Part shown: piece by piece, positions 26,715 to 39,567 of the stretch
Layout of the letters: each line of letters begins with the position of its first letter
Position numbering within the stretch: the first letter of the stretch is position 1
Source: Heptranchias perlo
Lineage: Eukaryota
Direction: 5' to 3'
Assembly (NCBI RefSeq): GCF_035084215.1
Contig: NC_090325.1
Coordinates: 132,308,001 to 132,372,000, forward strand
DNA: 64,000 bases
Notes under the pieces: generated by a model
Seen by the model: only the letters and a program-made list of their open reading frames with translations
What the model was told of the DNA's origin: nothing
Databases searched by the model: none
Program-made: the position numbers and the translations under genes

Positions 26715-27926
26715 ATGTGGGGCGCCATGGCAGCATTTACCAGTACATCCAAAGACGAGCAACATCACCAGCTTCGCCAAACACGGCATGCACTTCTGCC
26801 ATTTGGAGCTCCACCACACAGTGCTGCGCCATGGGCACCTGCACTAGAGCACAGAGAGCAACAACAGAGAGAGCGACGTCGCAGAAGGCACTACCCTCGC
26901 CAGAGGGTCTAAAGAACAAGGCTCAGCCTCCTGGACCTCTCTGAGGACCAGTGCATACGAAGGCTCAGAGTGAGTCGCCAGATGGTCGCAGACATCTGCA
27001 GCCTCCTTCATGACGAGCTGCTCCCGGCTGGGCCGAGCGGCATCTCATTACCCATCACTGTCAAAATCATCACTGCCCTCAACTTCTTCGCCTCCGGGAC
27101 ATTCCAGGGTGCCACCAGGGACATCGCCGGGGTCTCTCAGTCGTCTGCCCAAAAGTGCATAAGGCAAGTCACCAATGGCTTGTTTTGCAGGGCCTCACAA
27201 TATATCAATTTCCCCATGGATGACTTCAGCCAGACGGAGAGGGCAGTGGGATTCCACTCTGTTGCTGGCTTCCCATGAGTGCAGGGTGTAATTGATTGCA
27301 CCCATATAGCAATCTGAGCACCTCCACATGAGCCAGGACTGTTCATCAACAGAAAGGGTTATCACTTTATCAACACTCAGCTCGTTTGTGACTACCACAA
27401 AAGATTCCTTCACGTGTGCGGCAGATTCCCTTGAAGCTTCCACAATTCCTTCATTCTGAGGGAATCCAACATCCCGCGGCTCTTCCACGCACTGACCACC
27501 CTTAAGGACTGGCTCCTCGGAGACAAGAGATACCCCCTGCACATGTGGCTCATGACACCTCTGAGGAATCGCGTCAGCGAATAACAGCGTTGATACAACG
27601 ACAGCCACTTCGCCACCAGGTCTACAATTGAGCAGGCTATAGGGCTGCTCAAGATGTGATTTAGGTGCCTTGATCGTTCTGGGGGAGCGCTTCAATATGC
27701 ACCAGACAGAGTGGGATGCATTATAGTCGTGTGTTGTGTCCTGCACAACATGGCACAACAGAGAGAGGTGCTGCTTGAGGAGGCCCCATCCACATCTGCC
27801 ATCCACATTGAGGAGGAGGTGGCAGAGGAGGAGGAGGAGGAGGAGGACGAACCCATGGGCAGAGCAGTGGCTCACCTGGCTGCTCATGAGGTCAGGGAGT
27901 CACTGATATCTGAACGGTTCTCCTAA
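26715..27926 (+). pseudogene. Harbinger DDE transposase, single frame with 7 in-frame stops
   Basis: ALNFFASGTFQ, GVIDCTHIAI, WLLGDKRYP, TIEQAIGLLK, VCCVLHNMA, acidic tail; ORF pieces at 26715, 26970 and 27711 share one frame. Confidence 0.93.
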
Positions 27927-28244
27927 CCTCAGAAAGTGAGAAGGGTCCAGTCCTCAGGCCACCTGGAAAGAGCAGCGCCCACACCAGCACCCCCTCCACC
28001 CCTGCACAAAACAGTCCTGCAACTACACATACACCCACTATAAAGTGACTCAATGGGTGGCATCAAGTGTCGCCGTTCATGATGAAGCACATGAAAGGGC
28101 GCTATCACAAAAGCCAGTCAAGAATGGGCAAGATGTGGCAGTAGTGGTGAGAATGATAACTTTTAATGTGAATATAACAAAAAACAAATATAAATGAAAA
28201 ACATGACAGTCTGTCAGACACCCTTGTGCATACCCTTCGTGATC

Positions 28245-30047
28245 ACAAATCCTTAGCCTTCCTCTTCCTACCGCTTCTATGTGGTGTTTCCCCTGTGGCT
28301 GCAGCAGAGGTAGTAGCATGTTCATGCCCTGACTGCTTAGATGCTTTTGGCCTACACCTTCTGGGGTTTGGAGCCCCTGCCAGCTACTCCAAAGACTGTT
28401 CCACCTGCTCCTGTGCAGGGGCAGACTCGGCCACCTGGAGAGGAGGCAGCATTGCAGGTACTGGTTGAGAGGGGGGAAACGGGTGAGACGCGGGAGCACT
28501 TTGAGTGGCGTCCCCACTTCCATGTCCCCTTTTGCCATCATCCCTCTTCTGGGCCAGGCCCACATCACTCCTACCACCCTGCTGGAGAACAGTTTGGAAG
28601 ACATGTGTGAAGCCTTGTAAGGCTACTTCTAAAGTATCTGTCAGCCTGTTTAAGGCGACAGAATGTTGTTCACCCTGAGTCCGAACGATCGTTGTCAGGG
28701 CCTGAATGGACTCATTTGTGAGCCGTGCTTGAAGCTGCGATTCTCTCCATCGTAGACATTCCCACACTTATCTGTGCCGCTATTCCACTAATGTAGGAGT
28801 TGGACTCCTCCATCCTCTGCACTATTGTGGAGAGTGTGTGTGGCACCTGTTCCAGTACCTGACAAATGTGCTGCTGTCCCTCACTCATTCTCCTTTTAAA
28901 GGATGGCCCCGAGGTTCAGCATCTGCATCCAGCTGAGCAGAGCCTGGACAGGAGTGCGCCCACCAACACGGATTCTCCTCAGCTGCCCCTGCCACCAGTG
29001 TCTGCTCGTGCTCATTTGTGTGTGGTGACTCACCAGGTGCCAACCCAATTAACTGACTAATAGGCCCCAGCGAGGTGTGAGTATCTGCACTGGTGGATGG
29101 CTCAGTAAGATGTGACAGTGTACCCTCAAAGGCTGGGAGCTCCTCTGAGGAATTGCCCTCTGCCGTCACTGTGGTCGTTGGAGGGCCTGTAACAGAACAG
29201 AAGGCAATATTAAGCATCATTGCAGATGTGTCATGTTGCGATGAGCATACTGAGGTGTTCAACATGCCAAACATTGTCAACATCAATTCATATGTGTGAT
29301 GAATGTTAAAGATGTGTCACCAGACGTTTGTGGGGTGCCAGTCTCAGCGTCCCCGATGGACAGACACTCAAGGGTGCGGCTGATCTCCAGGGGCTCCTCA
29401 ACAGACACTCAAGGGTGCGGCTGATCTCCAGGGCCTCCTCCTCCGCCTCTGTGAGGACCACTATTTGTTGTGGGTCCTCACTCTCTCGGGTGCATTTTGT
29501 GCTCTCTTCTCCTGGAACGGGAGAAAGTACAGACGTGTGAGTGAGTGATGGTGAAGTGGTCAGCTGATGGATGCATTGCTTTGGGTGAGGCTGACTGTGA
29601 AAGAGGTACATCAGAGGGTGAGTATGAGACAGAGACATCACATTGGATCATGGTTGGGGTGAGTGGTAGTGTTGGAGTGACTAATGGGGAGTGAGGAAGT
29701 GCAGGTAAGTTGAGGATGAGCCTTAAGTGGATGTGAGGAGTGATGTGATGGAGTAGTCTTGGCAGTGCAGAATGTGTTGGGCGGCGGGGGTGGGCGGGGT
29801 GATGTGCAACACGGAATACAGGAGAATCACTGAAGCACTTCCTGCACTGGATCCAGGTGTGGGAGATGTTGCTGCTGCTGGTGACCTCCTCTGCCACCTT
29901 GAGCCAGGCCTTCTTGGTAGCAGAGGCAAGCACTTCCTCCCGTCCATGGGGTAAAACACTTCCCTCCTCCTCCTCAACTCGGCCAATAGCTGCTGCAGTG
30001 AGGCATCATTAAATCTTGGAGCAGCCTTACCCCTGTGCTGCTCCATT
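28245..30047 (-). pseudogene. Harbinger Myb/SANT protein gene of element #2
   Basis: MEQHRGKAAPRFNDASL ... KKAWLKVAEEVTSSSN.SHTWIQCRK; exons 2 and 3 are homologous to 16390-17637. Confidence 0.88.
29360..29440. repeat. 41-bp direct tandem duplication within Myb exon 2
   Basis: ACAGACACTCAAGGGTGCGGCTGATCTCCAGGG at 29360 and 29401. Confidence 0.9.
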
Positions 30048-31499
30048 GTGCCTTTTTGGTCTTTGTTGCAGCAAAAGCCTTTGGAGCAATGGCCCTTTAA
30101 ATAGAGCCGCTCCAGCTGACAGCCTGTCATGGGGGTGCACAGTCCGCCCACTGAGCAGCTTTCGGACGGCACACCCGGAAGCCACATTAAGAGCCACTAA
30201 TTAACTCGCAATCACGTGGGAAATGGTAAGATTTTACTGGTCGGATCACCCACGCGCCCATTGACCCCCCCCCTCCCCCGCTGCCATCCTGCTGCCTTTT
30301 GAAAATCGAGCCCAATAAGTCTGGTCATTTGTGAACTAGCATCATGAAAATAACATGACTATGAAAGCTTCCAGATTATTGTAAAACTCAGCTAGTTCAC
30401 TAATGTCCTTTGGGGAAAGAAGTCTGCCACCCCTACCTAGCCTGGCCTCTTTAATGTTTAGTCATAAGCGTATTAATAAAGAAATAATAATTATTTTTTT
30501 TATCTGACTTGTTCTTGGATGACTTTTGCAAGACAAGATTATTTAACTCCCTTAGTATTGCTTTGTGTCCTCGAAAGAGTTGTTTGGTTTGTGTAACTGT
30601 CAATATATTTTGGACAGGTCAATTTTTGAAAGCTAAATTTCAGCCATCTAATAAACCCTAAATGCAGACAGTCAATCTCCAGTCAGTCTTCGATGAGGAG
30701 TTAATGTGAAGGATTTAAAGATTCTTCTGTTGCCTTTTGATTAATATTCTTTACAAAGTTTATGGGTTTACCAATCACAGGAATTTTACAAACCGAAGGG
30801 CTGGGAAGGTTCTTCAGCTTGGAGGTTAGTCACAAAGTTCAATATAATTTCTTAACAATATTCAACTGATTTGACCCACGTCAAAACATTTTGTTGAGTA
30901 AACCCTGAATAAAAAAACAAAAAAAAAGGACAATGTGCTATGCAAATAACTAAAGACAATAGAATGAATAAACAGGGAATCATGCCAACATATCCTTTTA
31001 GAACACTGCAAGAAGGATTATCATTGGAAAATTCCACCATACAGCCCTGACATTGGCATGCACAAACAGAATGAAGCTCAAACTATGTTATGACTGCATT
31101 AAATGTTGCTCACAACTGCACTAAAAGAGAAATCTCTGTTCTGATTTGGCAGGTGCTGGCAGCGGATGTGGAGATTTCTGTGGGACTTTGTGTAAAGTTT
31201 TTTTGGATTAGACTGCAGCGGTCCCTTTGAAGACTGGTTTGGTCACTCTACACAAAAATCGCATTTGCATTCTAAATGCATGTTAGGACCTCTTAATAAA
31301 TATATTAATAAATTTATTAATGAAGTTCCTGTTTTGGGTTGGAGCATTGGCTGCCTAAATCGAGGCCTGCTCCAATATCGCATTGGCCGGGCTTTGAGCG
31401 GTAACTGAATGGTAGTTTTTTTTTTCCATTTTTGTCTCAGGATCGCTCAGTTCACACCGAAAAACAGGGAGGTAATAAGATGAAAATCACCTCCGAGTA

Positions 31500-31750
31500 A
31501 GTATGAAATTGGATTCAATAAATCTGGTAATTTGGGAGCTAGCACCAGATAAAAAATGACCATTCAATCTACTATTCTGTGGTAAAGCCCCAGTGGGTTC
31601 ACTAATGTAATTCAAAAAAGGGAGACCTGTCTTACACTATGTTGTTGACTTTTAATGCCCTCTTTTAATGGCCCAGCAAGCCACCTCAGTGGTCCAGAAG
31701 GCCCACCTTCACTAAGTGAAAGGAGGTAAATTGGCAGCAACCTTACCAAA
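31500..31750 (+). mobile_element. Decayed SINE (same family as 26115/30314)
   Basis: Shared TGAAATTG.ATTCAATAA.TCTGG and GTTCACTAATGT blocks. Confidence 0.5.
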
Positions 31751-32785
31751 ATAGAGTTCTTATCACTGCATTGCGATTTAACAACTGGTGGCAACATATC
31801 ATGTGAGATGCTTGTCAACATTGTATGCATTATCCAGGAAAAGCCTGCTGTAGTTGTAGACCTCCTGCCACTAGATGGCTCTGTGGTGTGAGTTGTTGCG
31901 GTCTACCACCTATCTAGTTTTCCACCCAATTTTTGGCTTTTTTTGCCGCAGTTTCTTGGGTGTTTCATCCGATAGCAAAGGCACCTGAGACCCCCTTGCT
32001 CATTTGTGGACCTCCTCCTACCTGCCTGACCTATTTGCAGCCATCCAATTTCGGTCCTCGGGCTGTAGCATAACCGTTCCCCACCAACCTTTTTTATCTT
32101 CATAACTTTGGCTGTTTCCTACCTCCTGTTTAATATCCTCATTGGTATAGTGTTTGGGCTTTAAGCCTACTGCGTTGAGTTTTGCAATCCTCCACATCAG
32201 AACCCCAACCTCTTGGCCTTAAGCCCCTCACCCCCTATTTACTTGCACCCCTCCTTCTCCATGGGAGATTTTTCTCCCAGTGACTGCTGTTGATGGCAGT
32301 TAAGCCACCACTGAATTGTTAAAGAACAAGAATTCTTTACAAGGACTTAAGCTCATTATAGTAATCAAATATATAGTATTAACTATTTAAGTGGATTAGC
32401 AAAGAGCCTCTTTTTTAGCTCAAATATTAAAAGGGTTGTTAGTTTTTTTAATCACCCTTCACTTCAATGCAGGTGGAGAGGTGCAATGAGATCCACCACG
32501 AGGGACCATTTACATGACCATGGGGATGGAACAAGAGTTTATGCTCTGACTTACTGTAAGTAATGCCATGGGATTATAAGTATAAATGTAGCCCTCGTCT
32601 TTATTTCCATAAATTGTTGAGTACTGATATAGAACAACGAACAGTAGATTACTGTCATTAAATTTACTGCAATTAACTTTTAAAAGTATCTTGTCATAAT
32701 ATTGTTCTTGATAATTTAGGGTCACTAGAGTTAAAGCAGCTGAAGAATTTAATGTAGGTGTGTCAAACTTCCAGGAAGTCTCAAT

Positions 32786-32944
32786 GGGGTAGATCTTGAT
32801 AGCGAATTGGCAGCCTGTTTTACATCTCTCCTGATTTTTATTTCCATTGAAGTCCAAGGAAATAAAAATTGAGAGAGATGTAAAATGGGCCGCCGACTCG
32901 CCATCACCCGTTTTACACTATCCCACAAAGTCAAGATCTACCCC
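32786..32944. mobile_element. 159-bp Harbinger/Tourist-like MITE
   Basis: Perfect 14-bp TIR GGGGTAGATCTTGA / TCAAGATCTACCCC, AAT TSD, internal hairpin TTTTACATCTCTC...GAGAGATGTAAAA. Confidence 0.9.
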
Positions 32945-33138
32945 AATCTCTTTATTTTATACGTTGAAAAATCTGTCCATTCTTCTATACAGCATAACAT
33001 ATTAGTGCTGTTTAAGTAGCAAGCTCTCAAGGTACAACAGATATCTTCACATTCTACCAGCTTTAAAGGTCTAATTGGAACCATAGTTCATGCACTACTG
33101 TTTTAGTTATGCAGATGATACAAGATGATACAGATGAT

Positions 33139-33595
33139 ACACCATCCAGGACAAAGCAGCCCGCTTGATTGGCACCCCATCCACCATCCTAAACATTCAC
33201 TCCCTTCACCACCGGTGCACTGTGGCTGCAGTGTGTACCATCCACAGGATGCACTGCAGCAACTCGCCAAGGCTTCTTCAACAGCACCTCCCAAACCCGT
33301 GACCTCTACCACCTAGAAGGACAAGGGCAGCAGGTACATGGGAATAACACCACCTGCACGTTCCCCTCCAAGTCACACACCATCCCAACTTGGAAATATA
33401 TCGCCGTTCCTTCATCGCCGCTGGGTCAAAATCCTGAAACTCCCTTCCTAACAGCACTGTGGGAGAACCTTCACCACACAGACTGCAGCGGTTCAAGAAG
33501 ACGGCTCACCACCACCTTCTCAAGGGCAATTAGGGATGGGCAATAAATGCCAGCCTCGCCAGCGACGCCCACATCCCACGAACGAATAAAAAAAA
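33139..33595 (+). mobile_element. 3' end of LINE family 2
   Basis: Starts in sequence matching 9024-9103 and runs to a poly-A tail. Confidence 0.9.
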
Positions 33596-33714
33596 GTTCT
33601 TAGAAACTTACATACACACAAAAAAACATTGTTTAACAAAGACTGTTTTCACTTTTGTTTAATTTGTCAAAAACTAAAAAAAGTGTTGAGTGTTATTTGA
33701 TATATTGCCTCAAT

Positions 33715-35395
33715 ATTTACCGGGGGGCTAACAAGGTGGGTATGACATTAGATGAAGAGATCAAAAAAAAATATAAAAACAATTAAAATAGAAAGGGGGA
33801 GATAATTGCTAAACTAATCAGAGGATAGATAGGATAATCTGGATGGCTTGCCTCCACGAATATTAAAAGAAGTTAGGGAGGAGATAGCAGAGGTACTATT
33901 ACATATGTATAAAAATTCATTATAAAAGGGAATAGTGCCAGAGGACTGGTGGACAACTAATGTGATTCCTATATTTAAAAAGGGAGATAGAACAAGTTCA
34001 GGAAACTATAGAGCAGTCAGCTTAATGACATTGGTGGGAAAGATAATGGAATCCTTACTCAAAGATGTAATAGAAAAACATCTAATAAATGAAAATATAA
34101 TAAAGAATAGTCAGCACGGATTTCAGAAGGGAAAGTCATGCTTGACCAACCTTATTGGATTCTTTGAAGAACTAAAAGAAAGGGTAGACAAGGGTAATGT
34201 AGTTGATGTAATATATTTTGATTTTCAAAAGGCTTTCAATAAGGTATAGCATTGTCGACTCATGACTAAGGTCAGAATATGTGGAGTCAGGGGACAGGTA
34301 GCAGAATGTATAGCAAGTTGGCTACAAACAGAAAATTGAGAGTAAGAGTTAAGGGTAGCTACTCAGACTGGCAAAAGTTGAGAAGTGGTGTTCCACAGGG
34401 ATCAGTGTTGGGCCACTGTTGTTCACAATTCCCATTAACGATTTGGATTCGGGAATCGGAAGTAGAATTTCAAAATTTGCCGACAACACCAAATTGGGAG
34501 GTGTAGTTAATACAAAGGAAGAATGCATCAAAATGCAAGAGGACATTAATAAACTTGCAGAATGGGCATGTAATTGGCAAATGAATTTCAATATAAATAA
34601 GTGTGAGGTGTTGCATTTTGGTAGGAAGAATAAGAGGATCACATACTGCTTGGATAATAAGAGTCTAAATGGGATAGAAGAACAAAGGGATCTAGGGCTA
34701 CAGATACACAAATCACTAAAAGTAGTGACAGGTTATTAAGGCCATAAATAGGCAAATGAAGAACTAGGGTTCATTTATAAAGGGATAGGATTGAAAAAAA
34801 GAGAAAAATGTTAAACATGTATAGAAGCTCGGTTAGACCATACTTGGAGTACTATGAACAGTTCTGGTCTCCATATTATAAAAAGGGTATGGAGGCATTG
34901 GAGAGGGTGCAAAAATGATTCACAAGGATGATACCTGAACTGAGAGAATATAATTATCAGAAAAGGTTGAACAGGCTGGGGCTCTTTTCTCTAGGAAAGA
35001 GAAGACTGAGGGGTGACCTGACTGAGGTCTTTAAGATAATGAAAGGGTTTGATAGGGTAGACGTAGAGAAAATGTTTCCACTTGTGGGGGAGTCCAAAAT
35101 TAGGGGTCATAAATATAAAATAATCCCTATTAAATCCAATAGGGAATTCAGGAGAAACCTCTTTCCCCAAAGAGTGGTAAGAATGTGGAACTCGCTACCA
35201 CAAGGTGTAGTTGAGGCAAATAACATAGATGCATTTAAGAGAAAGCTAGATAAGCAGATGAGGGTGAAAGGAATAGAAGGGTATGCTGATAGGCTTAGAT
35301 GAAGTAGGGAGGGAGGAGGCTCATGTGGAGCATAAATGCCAGCATAGATCAACTGGGCTGAATGGCCTGTTTCTGTGCTGTAATTTTGATGTAAC
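33715..35395 (+). mobile_element. Decayed CR1 LINE (RT to 3' end)
   Basis: PEDW..NVIPIFKKG, SQHGFQKGKSCLTNL, GVPQGSVLG, KFADNTKLGG, RRLRGDL. Confidence 0.92.
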
Positions 35396-38300
35396 TCGAT
35401 GTAAATAACATATAAAACAAGAAAAAAGTAATTTAGCCCAACATCCTTGCTCATCCCTTTATATTTTTGGTTGTGGTGACCAAAAATATCTGTGCAGTCC
35501 AGTTCAACAGCTTGACATTGACAGATATATGTGTGAAAGGTTACATAACTTGGGTTTGATATTTAAGATAAGCAGAGTGACAGGTATTTGCAAAGTCTTG
35601 TTCCAAGTTGAAATTTGACTGTGTTAGATTTCTCAGTCAGGTGTTAAATCATACGGTCACTGATATTGAAAACATTACCAGATTATTTACTGCACTTCAG
35701 AACACTGCAAAGAAATCAGTCAGGAACAAAGTTGAATTATCTTGTCAATGTCGAAACACCGGAGAACAGTTCCATATTAGTTTCCAGTTGGGGGGGATAA
35801 CGTATGAAAAACATTTAATTATATGCTCATAAACATTAGCTTAAAATCATATCTATTGAAAAATACAACTTTCATGGATTCTATTTCAATTAAATTATCA
35901 TTGATTTGTTCGTTCAAGTAAACAGACAAAGATTTCATCAGTCAACTAACTTGGACTTGGGACATGAAATGAATATTTTGCTAAATGTCGCAAATATAAC
36001 ACATATGGCAGTTATTGGATCATATAGCAGCAATGGAAAGATAAATCCTCACTAACAACAATTTTAGTTAAGAGGATTATTATGATTGGAAAATCTTACT
36101 TGTTCATACAATGAACTGTCTGCATAAAATGCCTAGTCTACTTGACTGATGTGTTGTTCTGCATTCACAAGAAGTTTACGGGCAATAATACATGCCATTT
36201 ATTGCAGAAAAGAAGAAAATGTACAGTGCACAAACAAACAATCATAAATTAACACTGAATGGTGGAAAATAAATGGGCTAATATTGTAGAAATTAAATGA
36301 CAAGCAGTACTTGCTGGGACATGATTTTACACTTACAATTAACAATTGCCAAGATCTGTCCGTAACTACTCCTTTGTTCTGGTGAGGTTATTCGGGGGCT
36401 GTCTTGCCAAGTCTCCTCTGTTCAGTGTTATTTTTGATACCTCAGCAGGATCTTATCTCTTTCCTGTACATGCCTGCAGTCACCCCAAATTACAGGAGCA
36501 GTGAAGACCGCAATTGTAGTTTGACATGTCTCTGTATTGTCTGTGCCGGGGAACTGGTTATATCTTCATGCAGGACTAACAAAGTCCTGGGTAGGAAAGG
36601 ATTGCCACGGGCACTATTAAATTATTAAATTACCAGCTTTATTGCCAGCAGAGAAAGAAGTGCCTCTTCCCATTGAATCATTCTGACAATTCTGCCCATA
36701 AGCCTGATTCCAGAGTTTCCATCAGCGTGTTATCAAATGTATCTGGACCAATGCCGTCCAAGTGTTCTCCAGACCCATTGTCGATGTCCAACAATTTATG
36801 TTAGAATCATTCTGCATTATGACATTTCCACTCAACCTTCATATTTTCCACCTCGTTTTAACAGAATGTTCTGGAACATTCTAACACTGTTGTTGAAGTT
36901 GGCCCAGCGAGGGGAAAAATAAAACATGTGTACCAATGCTTAATATTGGAAATAGAGTAGTATATTCTTTAAAAAAAGATACTTGCTGGGGCATGATTTC
37001 ACATTTTTATATGGTGAGGTAGTAACAGCCGGTGAAAGGTTCTGTGCCTTTGGCAAATTGATCCTGTTCTGTGCAGACCTCAGAAAAGAACTACTTGACA
37101 AGTCTATCTATCTTTTACCCCTGACTCTTGTTCAGGTGCATCATAAAAGTGCAACTGAACACCTTAAACAAAATTAAGAAATTATATTTTCATCGGGGAT
37201 TAAAGACAGTTGTTGAAGTATTAGCATTCACCTGAACATTCATGTTTAATTTAATCAGACCGGATATGGATACTCACATGTGGGAATTTTATATTAACAT
37301 GGAATTTTTAAAAAATAATGCTGCACCATACTGATATGTTTGCAATTAATGTCTAATTGTAAAATGCCACCAAATGCTGTAGGAAAGTCTGAGTCAGGTA
37401 CTGGAGTTCCTGACTTTTTGAGTTCAAAAATACCTTTGATATGGAGTAATACTTCATAATGAAATTCATAAAATGCCATTATTTCCCTTGTAACAACTGA
37501 GGTTAGTTGTCCTACAATAGTGGACATTTTAACTAGTCAACCACTGAGTGGCGCCTGTGGAGAGCACATAAACTGTTATCAATTTTCCACCGGGGACACA
37601 TGTTGAGTTACAATACATATATCGCAGGTGGGAAGTGAAGGAGTGTGATGGACAAAGGTAGGATAATGTGCTCTAAATTGACATCATGCATCACCATCAG
37701 CTGTAGAAAAAGACAGTGCTGAAAAGACACCTCGTATTCAGCGAAAAAATTGACCAGAGGAAAGAAAATATTTCATAAACGTTTAATGACAGTTCTTTAC
37801 TCATTTAATATCTTTTAACAAAATTGCACACAAATAATTTGCAATATTAATTGAGAACTTTGCTTGTACAGTTTTAAACTAAAGCAAACCTTTTCAGATG
37901 ATGCATTAGTTGTACTTTCATATTTTAAGAACAAAGTAAAAACAAAAGGTTCTTAAATAACAAGCATAAATATCTGTCCATCTGCTCTGTGTAGCTGAGA
38001 TATATCTAAAACATTCAAAAAGGAAGGTTGGAATACTGTTGAAGATGTTTTTAAAATGTTAGTTAATCTCCTGTGGCGTTATTAATTGACAACTTTTTAA
38101 AAATATATTGTCTATGTCACCTTGTACCTATCTTTCTGCTTCTTTCCCACTCCACAATTTATCTATCTCCCTCTTTTTTGTCTTCCACTCTGTCTCCCAG
38201 TCTCTTGCTCTCTCTCTGCCTCTCAAACTGTCTTTCACTGTCATCCCTGTATCTGTTTGTATCCAGTTCTACTTCTTGCCCTTTTTTGTTAAACAGGATT

Positions 38301-39496
38301 TTTAACATGAAGTGGCTAATTATATGAGTAACTTTAGTAATTCTTTTTCAGAAATGGACATCTTTTATGTATTTGTTATAAGTTTTATTTGTAGGGCTAT
38401 GTCGTGGTGTCGGTGAGAAACCAAAATGGCCACTGAAAGTAGTTATTTTGGATGCTTTGATTGGGGTTTGACAATGGTCGATTTTGGGATATTTAAGAGA
38501 TCCGGGGTCTGACAGTAATTAATGAGGACCAGGCTCTCAGAGTATCAGGGATCTGATCTGGCAGTGCATTGGAATGATATCTAGGGTCTAATAATACAAA
38601 GGAGTTTGTCTAGAATCTGGCAGTGCTGGGGAGGGGTTCTGAGTCTGGTAATGCTTGGGAAAAGAGGATGCTGAGGCCTGTAAACCACAGAGTGTTGGAT
38701 TAGGATACAACATCAAAGATTAGGCCTAGGATGGTTTGGTACAGTGCAGGTCTTGGAGCATCTAAGCTCATGAGGGAAAGTGAAGTAGGAGAGGGAGCAA
38801 AGTTGTGGTGGCTCAAGCCCTGGAGAGGCCAGGCATGTGAGAGAATTGGAACTGGATGGGAGGTTAAAGTGCATGGAAAGCTGGGGCCTGGTTAATGCAT
38901 GTGCAAACTAGCACTGAGGGGTTTTGAGAGACTCAGAACTGCATGAAGCCTGGAAAATATCATAAAGGAAGAGCCAGAGAAAATGTGGAAGCTCTGGGAA
39001 AGAAATCGAATTCACTCCCAAACCTCAGAGATAGGGACAGGCGAAGAGAAGGGAAATGGTTAACTTTATGGGTAAGTTTGATTGGCCCTCTCAGTCTCCC
39101 AACATATCCAGAGAAATGGCTTGAATGGCTGTTTGTAGCCATTTGCACTGTTTCTCCAAGGAGTCCAGGCATTTTTTTTTACACATGTATGCTTTTATGT
39201 AATAAATCTTGTTCATAGAGCCATTTGGTGGGTTTGGTGAGAAACCAAATATCTGCTGCAAATAATTTTATTGGTTACTTGTTAAGTGAATTTATTGGTT
39301 GGTTCATGGAAGATGGTTCTCGTTGGCTGTGGATTTTTCCTACCTGTTTATTTTTATTAGTGGTTTTAAATGGTCGGTTTAACAGACAGATTTTAGTTAA
39401 TATCAGTGGGTGATTTGGATCAATAATGTTTTTTTATGATAGACAAAATGTAATGTGACAGTGTTGGTATGGCTGACAAGCACTAGATGCAAGATT

Positions 39497-39522
39497 TATA
39501 TATATATATATATATATATATA
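39497..39522. repeat. (TA)n microsatellite
   Basis: Visible directly in the sequence. Confidence 0.95.
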
Positions 39523-39567
39523 GACAATATTCATCATGACTAATATTTGTCTTCTCATATTGAATAG

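Larger units (their letters stand above)
26180..30313. mobile_element. PIF/Harbinger DNA transposon #2 (complete, decayed; opposite orientation to #1)
   Basis: TIRs GGGTTCGATTTT / AAAATCGAGCCC (11/12 match); perfect AAT TSD at 26177-26179 and 30314-30316. Confidence 0.93.
26115..30450 (+). mobile_element. Decayed SINE split by Harbinger #2 (pieces ~26115-26179 and 30314-30450)
   Basis: Rejoined GAATTCAAT|AAGTCTGG ... GTTCACTAATGT matches the uninterrupted relative at ~31500-31750 (GGATTCAATAAATCTGG ... GTTCACTAATGT). Confidence 0.6.

Noticed and set aside
17959-27926. Host HARBI1 or NAIF1/MSANTD genes
   Set aside because: The ORFs are disrupted and enclosed by TIRs and TSDs, so they are transposon copies rather than domesticated genes.
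32473-32555. Possible host exon (tgcag|...|gtaagt)
   Set aside because: Splice-like signals are present, but the only open frame gives no recognisable peptide; cannot be supported without RNA-seq.
37013-37085. let-7/miR-98-like start GGTGAGGTAGTAA
   Set aside because: The match ends after ~13 nt and there is no complementary star arm (CTATAC...).
37294-37527. 77-aa minus-strand ORF near a GTGAGT donor-like site
   Set aside because: No recognisable domain; length expected by chance.
38480-38670. Loose ~30-bp repeats (GGGTCTG.CAGT)
   Set aside because: Too degenerate to define a unit or family.
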